Positions 1 through 12,572 of a DNA stretch of 64,000 nt are shown here, in pieces. Under the pieces are notes generated by a model that worked only from the letters and a program-made list of their open reading frames with translations, searched no databases and was not told where the DNA came from. Made by a program: the position numbers and the translations under genes. The first letter of the stretch is position 1, and each line of letters starts with the position of its first letter. Source of the DNA: Adineta vaga (lineage: Eukaryota; Animalia; Rotifera); NCBI GenBank assembly GCA_021613535.1, contig CP075493.1, forward strand, positions 15,128,001 to 15,192,000, given 5' to 3'.

Positions 1-394
1 AAAACTTTTTCTAAAATCTAGTTCCAATAGCCTTTAAACTATAATGCATATTAAATTCCGGACACTTCGATAACAAGTTCAAGATTCTGGTTCTTTTCCT
101 CCTACAAAATATTCAAGATTGTGTACCGAGTGCTGTTTGAGAATTATTTCTAAGTATATGATTATGATACATACTTATCTAAAACTATAGCTTCTCTGAG
201 CTACTAATATGAAAATGGGTCTCTTGACGGTATTGCGATTCTTCTTTCAACCAAATCATTTATTTATGCGTTGTTTGCACTCTAGATAGGAGGAGATCAA
301 TCTGCTACGTTAGACTGCCAAATTGAAAGTGATTTGGTCGTGAATTGGATATCTATAATGCTTTCTTTAAAAACGGGTATTCGATAGTAAACAT

Positions 395-454
395 TGGGTG
401 AGTGGGTGTGGGTGAGAATTTATGGATGATATCTTCATAACTCATCCACACCCT
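395..454. repeat. Inverted telomere-like cassette (likely intronic)
   Basis: GGGTGAGTGGGTGTGGGTGAG ... CTCATCCACACCC. Confidence 0.7.
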
Positions 455-627
455 GCGTCTATAGTAGATTGTGCTACATGTACATATGACTGAAGAACAG
501 CAAGAAGAAAGTCAATGTAAACCATGTAGTAGCTGTGATATTATGCGATTTGAAGTCTCTTGTGTCTGTCTATTGCTTGTGTCTGAATAGTATAAACGAC
601 ATTTATTTAATAGTCTTTTATTTTCAG

Positions 628-3600
628 GTACTTCAAACAGTACTACAATGATATTTGCAGGTATCACAAACAGTATTACAATTAACACGACAACTATTGG
701 TTTGACAAGTACAGGTATAGCACATAGATGAGTTCATTTATATAAATATAAAACATCGTGTATTCGTACACATAGCTTTAAAAATGTATTATTTCAACTG
801 AAAAAGTTAATTCTCCATGTTAAGAAAAATATGAGAAATATCCTTGACAAAGTATCGTCAGTTATCACTGAACACCTTTTATAAACAGATATTTAATGTA
901 TCTAACTTCCTAATGAACATCATTTTGAACGCCTTTTCCGATCAAAACTGCCATTAAATGTGCATAATCTTACAGTTGTTCGAATCGTCCAAAAAGAAAA
1001 TACCACATAATCTCTGGATTAATCCGATCGTCAATCATGATTAGTGTTAACAAAAGTAGACAAACATCTTTCTGGAATCGTATTGGCTGATAGGAACGAT
1101 ACCTAACCAATTAAAGGGTGGATAAGGATATGAAGAAGATGGATCGTAAGCGATGAAAGTCTTCTTTTTTGCTGTTCCCTTATTTCACATCTTCATACTC
1201 TTCGGTTCACCTGTTATTTAAAAAAAAAAAACGATCAAATCAAATGAAGAAACTAACATAATTTTCTATTTATCAAATAGTTACTTCATTGGCAGTGCAG
1301 TCGAATTACTCTTCTACTTTGACAAGGTCTAGTTCAGTATATATCCGTCCCAAAAGCTACTGGTCAACATCAGGCTTTTTCTACGAAGCTATTGAAATCA
1401 ACGTAGCGACAACAGGAATGTATACTATCTCATCCGATAGCACTATGGATACACAGGGCTTTATATACAATAATAGTTTTAACCCTTCACTTCCGGATCA
1501 GAATTTAATGTCATTCGACGATGATGCTGGTGTTAATAAACAATTTATACTCACAGTTGTTCTTCAAGCTACGACAAAGTATATTTTATTTGTAACTAGC
1601 TATGCGGGAAATACATTAGGAGAATTTTCAATCATCGGACTTGGTCCAGCAACAATCAATTTTTCGGCAAGTAAGCAAAATATATAAAATACAAACTGAC
1701 ACTATGAGAAAACTTTTATCCAATAAAAAGAATATTCTCGATATGTTTGTTGGTGAAAACTTTATCGTTAACATGAGTCGATAAAGTTATAGCAAGACTT
1801 TCGCGACATTCTGTTTGAGTATAACAAATTATACAGTCATCCAAAGAGACCGACTTGACCGAAAGAAATTCTAAGAACTTTAAGTCATCTATATCAGTTT
1901 TATAGACATTTATCGTTGTCGCACAAAATTTATTTTATGAAACACAATAATGTCAAAACTGGAAGGTGAATTCAACTATTCACTTGAACACCCTTCGTGC
2001 CAATCTCATGCCGTTCAAGTAAGGCATCACCCTTTCCTAGCAATTTCGCACTATCCCACTAGTCAAAACACCTGTGTAGTGCCATCGCGCCGCCAACTAA
2101 CCAATACACTCCCATACACCCCAACGAAGACTCAGTTGCATTTGAAGTATTTTTCTGAACAGTTCATTAGTCAAATGCAACTTTTTAGTTTTTCATATAT
2201 GAGATGCTAAAGCATCATAGGCTGTAACTAATATAACCAACCAAATTCGATTAAATAAGACAGTGTGAATATTATCCATTAACTATCACTAATTAATGGC
2301 AATTTATTGATTAGTTATGACTAGTTCGTCGATTAATATTAATCGGCATTAGTAGATATGACAGTCTCCTACAGGTACTTACCGTAGACTATGAGGCGCA
2401 CAATTACTGGAGATTAGTAGTATAACCATCGTTAGTTCGTGTTTCCCATTTTAAGCTCGTAGAGATGGCGCTAACAATTACTTTGTTTTATCTCAAACGT
2501 CGAAGTCAAATAAAAATTTGAGGGTGTGAGTGTCTCTATTATATTTCTACCCACACCCTCAAATATATATAGATCAATGGAAATCAAAATCCACTGTAAT
2601 TTTGCATTTTGGCTAGCTTACATGGTGAATTTGACCATAGCTTTCGTTTAGTAATTATTTTAACGAAAGGCAGATAATTGCACTTGACTTTAGGTTTCTA
2701 CACCCCATCCTTTCAGTCTAATGAATATATTTGTTTTTTACTCATTAGTAAATTCATCGAAAATCGAATTTAAATCGAATTACTCATCTGCTCTGACAGT
2801 AGATAGCCCATTTTATGTTCGTTCTTATGGTTCCACGATACGATTTTGCTATCAAGCTATCGAAATCAGTGTGTCAACGACAGGAATTTATACTATTTCA
2901 AGCAATAGTACTATAGATACATATGGCGTTCTATACAATAATACATTCAATCCTGCAGATCCAGATCGAAATCAGCTATCATCGGACGATCAGACTGGAG
3001 GCAATGACCAGTTCCTTCTCGCAAATATTCTTCAGGCTATGACGACCTATATTTTGGTTGTAACAACATATTATGATGGAGTCACGGGAGACTTTTCGCT
3101 GGTGGGAGAAGGTCCTGATTCGATTAGTTTTTCACCAAGTAAGGAATATATTAAGTAAGAATTCAAGGTATAAGAAAACATTTTTTCGATTGAATGGGAT
3201 ATCTATCAAAAGAAGAATTTACTCAGTTTCACAGAGAATGACGAATTGTTTCCATATTAAACGTTTTTTCATGATCATCGGTGACACCCATTCAACATTT
3301 TACACTTGCATTCAAGTATTACCTCTAGTCAAATACTGAAAACCTCAAAGTTTAAATCATGTCTCTAGACATTTTCTTGAGTTAAACTATTAGAAGCACA
3401 CATTTTATCTTTCTTTCCCTAGTCAACTCATCAAGGACCCAATCACGTTACTCATCTGCTCTGACTGTGGATAGCGCGTTTTATATTGGTTCTTATGGTT
3501 CTAAGTTAATAGTATATTATGAAGCTCTTGAGATCAGTGTGTCAACGACAGGAATTTATGCTCTTTTCACCAATAGTACCATAGATACATATGGTGCTAT

Positions 3601-5227
3601 ATACAATAATACATTCAATCCTGCAGATCCAGATCAAAATCAGCTATCGTCGGACAATCAGGCTGGAGGCAATAACCAGTTCCTTCTCACAAATATTCTT
3701 CAAGCTATGACGACCTATATTATGGTTGTAACAACATATTATAATGGAGTCACTGGAAAATTTTCACTAATTGGACAGGGTCCTGATTCGATTAGTTTTT
3801 CACCAAGTAAGGAATATATTAAGTAAGAATTCAAGGTATAAGAAAACATTTTTTCGATTGAATGGGATATCTATCAAAAGAAGAATTTACTCAGTTTCAC
3901 AGAGAATGACGAATTGTTTCCATATTAAACGTTTTTTCATGATCATCGGTGACACCCACTCAACATTTTACACTTGCATTCAAGTATTACCTCTAGTCAA
4001 ATACTGGAAACCTCAAAGTCTAAATCCTGTCTCTCTAGACGTTTTCTTGAGTTAAACTATTAGAAGTACACATTTTATCTTTCTTTCCCTAGTCAACTCA
4101 TCAATGGTAAAATCGAAATACTCATCTGCTCTGACTGTAAATAGTCAGTCATATACTCGGGCCACTGCTTCGCCAGGATCAGTTTTTTATTATGAAGCTC
4201 TTGAGATCAGTGTGTCAACGACAGGAATTTATACTTTTTTAAGCGATAGTACCATGGATACGTTTGGCTATATATATAATAGTACTTGGAATCCTGTCGA
4301 TCCATATGAAAATCTACTGTCAATGGATGATGATACTGGAGGTAATGGGCAGTTCCTTCTCGCAAATGTTCTTCAAGCTATGACTACCTATATGGTGGTT
4401 CTATCAGCATATGATGAAAGGGTTACGGGACGCTTTTCACTGATTGGATACGGCCCAGATTCGATTAGTCTTGTTCGAGTTAATATAACTAGTAAGTACT
4501 GAAGCAATTCATATAGAGAATTTTCAGCGATTTAGATGGACTAACAGGGAGGTTTTGATCGTTTTCCGAGTCTTTTAATTGTTTTGCGATTGTGCGAAAT
4601 CAATATACTGTCGCTTGAGATTCAGCTTAGATATTATCAGTTCTATTTATTTAATATGAACACTATATTGTGATTACGTACAATTATTCTTAAACTCTTC
4701 CACTATGAGCGGTAGAAACGTGAAAAATTTGACGTTTTTGTTTCTGATTTTGCGACGTTCAATTAATAATGTAATAGAATGATCATCTTTTATTTCATTT
4801 TAATTCTAAAACACATGTTTCTTTTGTGTGACTAGCTAATTCATCGAAAGTGAAATCAATTTATTCATCAACTTTGACTACCAGGAGTCCGCAGTTTTGT
4901 CATAGACCTACTTGTCCAACAGCAACATACTTTTATCAACCCATTCAAGTTATCGTGTCCACAACTGGAACATATACGGTTTTATGCTCTAGCAATATGG
5001 ATTCAACAGGATATATATACAACAACACTTTCTATTCCTCGTTTCCAATCTTAAATCAATTTGCATCAGATGATGATAGTGGTGGTGGTCGCCAGTTTAT
5101 GTTCAGAGTTTTTCTTCAGACTGTAGGAAAGTATATTTTGATTGTAACAACATACAAACAAAATGCAACAGGATCATTTTCAATTAGGATCATTGGTGAC
5201 GGTCCTGTTAATTTTGTTAGTCCATAG
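628..5227 (+). CDS. 3' part of a multi-exon gene: Thr-rich linker exon plus five tandem ~130-aa PPC/DVUA0089-like beta-sandwich domain exons; 5' end not resolved
   Basis: Phase 1-1 exons with AG/GT borders at 628-714, 1281-1670, 2749-3138, 3423-3806 and 4093-4491; terminal exon 4836-5227 (TAG). Each domain repeats the pattern Y.(E/Q).I.I.V.TTG.YT..S.S..DT.G..YN..F.P......S.DD..GG..QF.....LQ....YILVVT.Y. Confidence 0.8.
2516..2564. repeat. Inverted telomere-like cassette (intronic), 13-bp perfect arms
   Basis: ATTTGAGGGTGTG-23 nt-CACACCCTCAAAT. Confidence 0.9.
3139..4092 (+). repeat. Recent tandem duplication (~670 bp exon+intron unit); introns 3139-3422 and 3807-4092 nearly identical
   Basis: By-eye comparison shows about 7 differences over ~285 bp of intron; this also explains the duplicated spurious ORFs 3073..3339 and 3771..4055. 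Confidence 0.95.
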
Positions 5228-5877
5228 GATTTGTAATGCTTTGACTAAAATTCATCAGCTTCTTTCTTTATTGTCAATATTTTCTTTTTTTCCGCGCTTT
5301 GCAATAATCATGTTTTTTTTTGTTTTCTCTTGTCGCTTTGTCATGAGCTTTGCTTTTCAACTAATTATTTTGAATATACTGTTCGATAAAACGAGATATG
5401 CCTATCAATATCATCTTTATTTCAGTTCTTTTCTCCAATTCCCCCGACTAAAGAAAGGGTTATATGAAAACAAAATTAGTTTATGTGTCTGCGTGTGTTT
5501 GTCGCAGATCAAAGGTCAGAAAAACATAATTCAGATGAAAGCGAGAAGAACGAAAGATTTTCAGGGTTCGAGAATCGATTGCCCCTAATCCTTTTTCGCG
5601 TGTTGAATTATGACTTCGCGGCTTAGGAAAGACAATTATTAACGACAACCACATTCTTTCCCTCGACTATCAGTGAAAAAATGACTACTGAAATTGGATG
5701 GATTGGTTTTCCTGTGGTCGCCCACACTGATACACTCATACTCAACGGAATTACCTCGACGTAGAAAAAATCTACGAATGAGGTGCGATCAGTTTTGAAC
5801 GACTACGGAAGCAGATTGATCATGCGTGAATAAGTCAATTTCAACCGCCCTATTCCTATCTAGAAGATTGTTCGGTT

Positions 5878-5980
5878 GGGTGTGGGTGTGGGTGTGGATG
5901 TGGGTTCATGTGAGTTTGAGGGTGTGAGTATGTGAGCGGTATATTTATTGATCAATCCCACCCTCATCCACCCTCAAGAT
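5878..5980. repeat. Inverted telomere-like cassette (intergenic)
   Basis: (GGGTGT)3 run, TTGAGGGTGTGAG ... CCCACCCTCATCCACCCTCAAGAT. Confidence 0.85.
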
Positions 5981-6417
5981 TGTTTATTTTCCTTAACACT
6001 ATATCTACGAATGTGTTCGATTGAAGCGAAAAGTCAAACAACCTGATTGTAATCGATTCACCATCCCGTTCCAATAATTTCACAAGCCAAACGAAATATT
6101 CGAATATGATATCGTACTCGATGATTTTGCTCAATAATTTGACGAGTGAACATTTACTTGCAATAAATCTTATTTACAATCGACTAGGTTTACCAATCGA
6201 AGAATGCTGTTCGCCCATGCAGTATCTTTTTGGAAAAAGAATAAACATCAATATAAAAAAGCTTGATTCTCAAAGTAAAATATTTCATCCACAAAATGCA
6301 TGTTTAAGATGTCGTTTGTTATCTCCTAACGTTCTTTAAACTAATATCATGTCATTGTTATCGATGACGAGAATATAAATATAGAATCCTATTTCAAGAC
6401 AACATTCATTAATAATA

Positions 6418-7605
6418 ATGAAACATTTTGTTCCCATCACATTCTTTTTTTTACCTTTGCAATTTATTTCACCACTGAAAGTATTTCGAATGATATTGTT
6501 GTGAGTGGTTTGAATGGTCCAATAAATTTTACTCGACCAGAAGGTGAACGTTATTTCTATTATTATGTTCCATCTCTATATACACGAAATACTCCTCTTC
6601 CATTCGTTATTTATTTTCATGGTTATGGTCGTAATTGGACTAATGGAATCTTATTTAATATGACTGTTGATGCTGAAACGAATGGCTACATCATTGCATT
6701 TGGTCAGGGAACACCAAGTGCTGAAAGTAGTCATGCCATGGGATGGAATAGTGGTAGATGTTGTTTATTTAATACGACAATTTCTGTTGATGATGTAGAA
6801 TTTGCTAAAATGGTTATTAAATTAACAGCCGAACGAGTTTCTATTGCAATGAATCGTATTTATGCAATTGGATGGTCAGATGGTGGTTTCATGGCTGAAC
6901 GTTTAGTTTGTGAAGCATCAAATGTATTCGCCGGTGTCGCAGTTGCTGGAAGTGCAATAGTACTTGAAAATGGGTATGGAGATGGATTGACAAAATGTGA
7001 TAGAGCATTTCGAAATGGACATATTGATTATATTCATTTTCATGGTACACTTGATTTCGTTATTCCATGGGTTGGTGGGCATAATAGTCGTGACCGATTG
7101 TGACAATCTCTCTGACATACGCTGTACGCGTGATACAGTTTTTCTCATCTAATGGATTATCCTTATCTATGTACATTCTGATGTACTTTGATAGAATATT
7201 TTCCTGCGTTCTCTTCTGTAGGGACGAGTATATAAACGCGTGTCTTGTATCAGAACGATGCGATTTTAGAGGAAGAAATAAATAAACGCGTAGTTCCATC
7301 AGCGCATACATCTCTTCCATCAAAAATCGTCACACCGATTACCATCAGTTTATGAAGATCTTAGTCGATGGGTTACGAGAAATGGATGTGATCATGTACA
7401 AACGCAAACATATAATGATAAACAAAATTTTACAAATATTCGATGGCCAAATTGTCGAGGAAATACATCCGTCGAATTGATGACAGTCTGGAATGCAGGT
7501 CCTACTTGGTGGACTTTAGCAAATAGTAATTTCTCAATGACTGATTATGTTATGAAATCATTTACTCAAGGATTTTTACAAAGACAAAATCATCCAAATG
7601 ATTGA
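6418..7605 (+). pseudogene. Secreted PHB-depolymerase/LpqC-type (feruloyl-esterase-like) alpha/beta hydrolase, disrupted
   Basis: Motifs PLPFVIYFHGYG, WNSGRCC, DDVEF, GWSDGG (nucleophile elbow), HFHGTLD. ATG at 6418 joins the frame only with +1 nt in the T-run at ~6445-6452. Solo LTR at 7099-7334; removing it restores the frame to TGA 7603-7605. Confidence 0.85.
7099..7334 (+). mobile_element. Solo LTR (236 bp) inserted in the esterase CDS
   Basis: TGTGACAAT...ATCGTCACA termini; 5-bp TSD CCGAT at 7094-7098 and 7335-7339; internal TATATAAA followed by AATAAA. Confidence 0.9.
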
Positions 7606-8862
7606 GATAATTTTGTCAAATTCTCTTTCAATATCCATTGAATAATATTCATAGAGAAAATAAAATTGTTCGAGGTCATATTCATCTTTATTCTTTTTCG
7701 TTTATCTTCACTGCCATAATTTATTCAAAAGCAAAAAAGAACAGACAAGAAAAGGAAATTGCTTTGTAAAACTATTCAATCATTTCGATTTTTCAACTGC
7801 AACAACAAAGGAAGCGTTGAATTGCAATTTTCTTCATTATTTTTCTAATTGGTAAATATCGTGAAATTTGATCTGATGTTCTCGCTCCAGATGGAAATAC
7901 CTTCGCTAATCGTGGATATTACAATATGCATAGTTATATTGCTTATCCAGAAAGTGGGTTTGCGTTTAATCAATCTTGGAATCCATATTTTCCAAATAAT
8001 CGATTCAATAATTTTAATCGTAAAATTAATTTTTTATCTTTGTCCTTTAGCCTTTATTTCATATAATCAAATGTTTCCACATGGAAGAATAAATCCGTTG
8101 ATTCCTTCGAATCTCATTAATAAATGATCAAATTAGAATGTTCATATAACTAACAAATGATGGAATCAATATTCTACACATGTGCGTTTTTTTCGTTGGT
8201 AATTGAAAAATAAAATGGAGTGAAGAAATTTATTCATCGAATCAGAAAGAGAACATAGAGATTTATTTTTTAGTTCTAAGTGAGTTTCTTCATGGAAAAA
8301 AAAGAAGATTTATCAAGTAAATCAGAAGAATATATCGAATACGAATAAAATAATATTTTCATTGAAAAATATCTAAATATGAAAGTTTACGGTTACCGTT
8401 ATGTTGACTTGTTCCTATATATTATGTTCTATATATATTGTGAACTATTCACCTAGCATTGATCTTCAGTTCAATGTGCTCCATCCATGTTTTCCTATGT
8501 GTAACCGCTTGACCTCTGTCTGTGTCTATATAATGCGTATGTAGCGCAGGCACTTACATGGCAGCTTCACCTTAAATTGACCTCTCTTTAGTTGTATGTT
8601 CGATGTACAACGAAAGACATATTTCGAGTGATGAACTATAGCCATCTATAAATACCATACCAAATGACATAGACAGACAATCATTACAATTTATTCATTA
8701 AAAACATTTTTGTGGTATGTCTCCAGATATTATAGACGAGTAACAGTAAACTTTTACGTTTCAATATTCGTGAATAGAAACATTCTTTTATTGATGTTTA
8801 ATTGTTTTAATTTATAGTTTGATAATATCATTTTATTTTTCTTATTCTAGTTTATCTATACA

Positions 8863-9742
8863 ATGGATATTCATAATGAACAATCGATATCCGATATAAG
8901 TAAATGTACTAAATAAATCATCGTCAGTGATTGGAATTTTTATTTAGAATCTTGTGTAATTGAATCTGAGATTGAAAGACAAATATTTGAATATAAACGT
9001 GAAAATCCATCCATCGTTGGATGGGAAATTCGTAATCGTCTTTCGAAAGAAATGAATTGCAAGTTAGAAGACTTTCTAAGTGTATGTCATTTGATTAATT
9101 ATTCTGAAGAAAACTTTTCTATTCTTAATATATTTTCTCATTTCAGGTATTATCAATCAATGAAGTTTTAAAAAATCTTGATTCAACTGAAAATTCAAAT
9201 TCCAAAGATAAATATCAAATCAATAATACAGATCATGAACACACTCAAGATTCAGCAGGTAATAAAATATATTGTTTCGAAAATTACAGATATATTCACA
9301 ATTTTCAAATAGTCTGTAGAAGAAAATATGAGTTTCCTAAGTTAATTAACTCTTACGATAGTATTGATTTTTTCGATCATTAGAATATAACAAACCAATT
9401 ATACAAGATGATTTAAATGAAAATAATTTAGGAGAACGTGTCAAAGTACAAAGTAATTAAACATGATTTACACAAAAACAAATCGATGTTTTAGAACAAG
9501 GTATTTGTTTTCCATATGAAAATAAAAATGAGTAAATCCAATTTCTATATTAGTTTTTAATATTAAACATTATCCAGATTTATTTGAACGTGAAGAAGTT
9601 GCATTAGAACTCAATGTATCTGAACCAAGAATTCAAGTACAAAATTAATATTTTCTTTAGAAGAAATTTATTTATTTGTTTTTTTATATTAAAGATATGG
9701 TTTTATAATCGTCGAATGAAATATCGTGAATCTGGAAAGTAA
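8863..9742 (+). pseudogene. Pax-like gene with only the RED half of the paired domain plus a PRD-class homeodomain; two in-frame stops
   Basis: Exons 8863-8899, 8948-9081, 9147-9258, 9384-9500, 9554-9636, 9695-9742. Translation includes IFEYKRENPSIVGWEIRNRL...FLS/VLSINEVLKN and FTQKQIDVLEQ/VFNIKHYPDLFEREEVALELNVSEPRIQ/IWFYNRR, with the canonical PRD-class intron before WF. TAA at 9458-9460 and TGA at 9464-9466 are in frame. Confidence 0.85.
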
Positions 9743-9954
9743 AAATTCATCAGCAAGATCAACCTAAGTTGCCAACTCCTCTGCGTTTAGCAGATAAATT
9801 TTGTTCTTTAAAAAAAGAATTTTCTCTTGTTGTTGTTTCGATATTATTCTGTTGTTTTTCTTGTTATGCTGTAGGCAATGTTCTCTTTCTTCAAAATTAT
9901 TTCTTGTCATATCACGATTAATCAATGCTTAATAAAATAAAAATAGAAATGTGA

Positions 9955-10010
9955 GAGGGTGTGGGTGTGGGGTATGGATTCTATGCTATCATCCACACCC
10001 ACATCCACCC
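9955..10010. repeat. Inverted telomere-like cassette (intergenic)
   Basis: GAGGGTGTGGGTGTGGGG ... ATCCACACCCACATCCACCC. Confidence 0.85.
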
Positions 10011-10537
10011 AATTATCCTAGTTATAAGTACTAGTACTAGATGTAATGATTTTTTTCATTTCGATAATTGCTTCTAGAGTTGTCGTGAAAAAATAATTTT
10101 GTGAGGTACATTATCAGAAGAAACTTATCGTATTGATATCATAATTCGAAAGATCGATGAATGATAATAGTAATAGACAAGATCATGTGGCTTTGTAGTG
10201 ATGTGTTCTATAGTCGATTTGGTATTTTTAATTAAATAGAAATCGTGCAGATAATTCTGCTCAAGAATTGTCGCAAGATCTTCTAATACTTGACTGAAGT
10301 TGATAACGTTAATGTGAGCAAAGAAATAATAGTTTGCCTAGTCATGTAACGAACGAAAGATAAGAATATTGTGCTTCAAACTACCTTAGTATAAAGAATG
10401 ATATCTATGTGTGAAATATCATTCTTTCAGTACTCTATCACGAACAGACCATACGAAAATAAAATATATCTTTGGATTTGAGATTTTATTTCTATTCCTA
10501 ACTTCAGATTATTTCGAAGAACAATTAGAAATACGAA

Positions 10538-11571
10538 ATGACACAATCCACTACCGATAAAGATCAACTCGTACTTGGCTATTGGGCAGCGCGTGGTCGA
10601 GCGGAATCATCACGATTACTACTTCACTATACTAAGACACCTTTTGTTGATAAAATGTATCAGATGGGTGATGCTCCAGATTATAATCGTGACGATTGGC
10701 TCAATGAAAAGTATAAACTTGGTCTAGGTAAATTTATTTATATATATATATATAATCATTTTCTATCCTAAAATGACATTATATCTGCTTAGATTTTCCC
10801 AATTTACCCTATTTGATTGATGGTGATTTGAAACTGACACAATCGACTGCTATCTTATACTACCTTGGTCGTAAATTTCAACTAATGGGTACGTAGGTAA
10901 AGTTGTGCTGGCATTCGGAAAGGCTGTGTCAGATGCAGAATTTAATTCTTTGTCGAGTGCGATGTTATTTTCGATGGAAGTCATCGCGAGAAAATAATCG
11001 ATACATCCACAGAACCTTTCCGAAAGCCAGCACAAGTAATATTTGAATATGGTGCTAACTTTTCTTACGTCTAATAGGTAGTAATCCAAAAGAGGAAGCT
11101 CTAATAATCATGTTGTGTGAACAAGCATATGATCTTCGCTTAAAATTTATCATGCTCTGTTACAGTTCAAATGGAAATTCACCGAATGAACAGAACAATT
11201 TTATTAAGACAACTCTAACAGAATATTTAGAACAATTTGATCGATATTTTAACGAGAATACCAGTCAATTTGCTGTTGGTGATCGACCAACTGTGGCTGA
11301 TTTTCAATTGTTTTATTGTATTGATTGTGCTTGTTCGTTTGATGGTAGCCAAGTATTGCTTGACAAATATACCTATGTGAAAGCATTTCTTCAACGAATT
11401 CGTGAACTACCTGAACTGAAAGATTATATTATTCGATCAGAAACGCAAGTACCAATGCTACTCAAAAGTCAGTAATAAGTTCGCAATTACATGTATTTAT
11501 TATATCTATGCGTTTTCTTTATCTTCATTCTAGACGCTAATTTCGCAGGCCAAGTACCCGAACAAAAATGA
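10538..11571 (+). CDS. Glutathione S-transferase, mu-class-like
   Basis: Exons 10538-10727, 10793-10888, 11078-11467, 11534-11571. Motifs [22 protein letters not shown] (mu loop), [27 protein letters not shown]. Confidence 0.93.
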
Positions 11572-12095
11572 CTCAAAATTGAACGCTATTTGATCATTAT
11601 AATCACTATCTTTTACAGAAATTATTTTAAATAATATATCGATACATACTTCTGTAATACTTTTAAGACAAAAATAAAAATGAATTGATCACTCTAGACA
11701 TTAATTGATATTGTAGGGTGTGAGTCATCACTCGAAATATGAAGCAGTGCTGCGTATTCTATCCTGCCATTCGATCACTACACGTCTGATTATATTCTAT
11801 GGGAAACTGAAATGAAAATGTGGGGTGCTCTGTGAGCATTCCTTCTATTGTGTTTCTCCGTAAGTCTGAGTCCTATGTACAAGATGATTGTCTACAGAAC
11901 ATCAAATAAGTTTATACTGAAAAGTGTAGGTTGAGCTATTTTTCAGATGATTCTTTCACAGAAAGTTTGACAAAACAACAGAAAAATAAATTCAAAAAAT
12001 TTGTTCCAGGTTAAATTGAAAACGTATGAGCAACATGTTTTTCATTTTGTTCGCTGAACCCATAGTCCTACGATCTAGCTTGGACGATAAGCGGA

Positions 12096-12572
12096 TCACT
12101 GATGTTTGTAATAAGTGCCACCACCACCACCACAAAAACAAAGAAAGAGACTGACACCAATTAGAGGATAATCCACTTGGGCTTGACCCTTGGCAGCAAA
12201 AACAATACCAGTAATAAGGGGAGCAACGAAGATAAGAAGACAACAAAACAAAGCAATAGCAATAACAAAACCATCACCACCACCACCACCTCGAACTTTG
12301 TTAACGTTCTCTTGCGAAAGAGAAGAAGAATTATCAGGTATGGTAATTAGCACCGATTCTAAATGTACGTAAACCATCTTATCGATCACTTAGAAGACAA
12401 ATGATTCGATTTCTTGAGAAGGGTGTGGTGAGTTAAAAGAGAACACTCACAAATACAGCGTTTACCCACACCCACATCGTCAAGATGATTGAAGAAGAGA
12501 AAGAGATGTGTAGTTATTTGGATTTTACCTGTAGTTTTGGCACTGGTTGTCGCATCAGTAATGGTAGAAATC
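12096..12572 (-). CDS. Small membrane protein (two hydrophobic helices flanked by poly-Gly); 5' exons uncertain
   Basis: ORF 12096..12389 with GGGGGDG-FVIAIALFCCLLIFVAPLITGIVFA and YPLIGVSLFLCFCGGGGG; upstream AG/GT-bounded Thr-rich exon ~12530-12572. Confidence 0.5.
12411..12486. repeat. Inverted telomere-like cassette (in probable intron)
   Basis: TCTTGAGAAGGGTGTGG ... CCCACACCCACATCGTCAAGAT. Confidence 0.8.

Noticed and set aside
30-377. Further upstream exons of the first gene (candidate ~290-376)
   Set aside because: Plausible splice signals but frame and product cannot be supported at the window edge.
3073-4055. Duplicated ORFs 3073..3339 and 3771..4055
   Set aside because: Out-of-frame read-through into the duplicated intron.
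8365-8770. Degenerate inverted repeat (AAAGTTTACGGTTAC / GTAACAGTAAACTTT) suggesting an old MITE
   Set aside because: Ends and TSD cannot be defined from a single copy.
9458-9466. Stop-codon reassignment or readthrough explaining the homeobox stops
   Set aside because: Other genes in the window end normally at TAA/TAG/TGA and long ORFs contain no internal stops.
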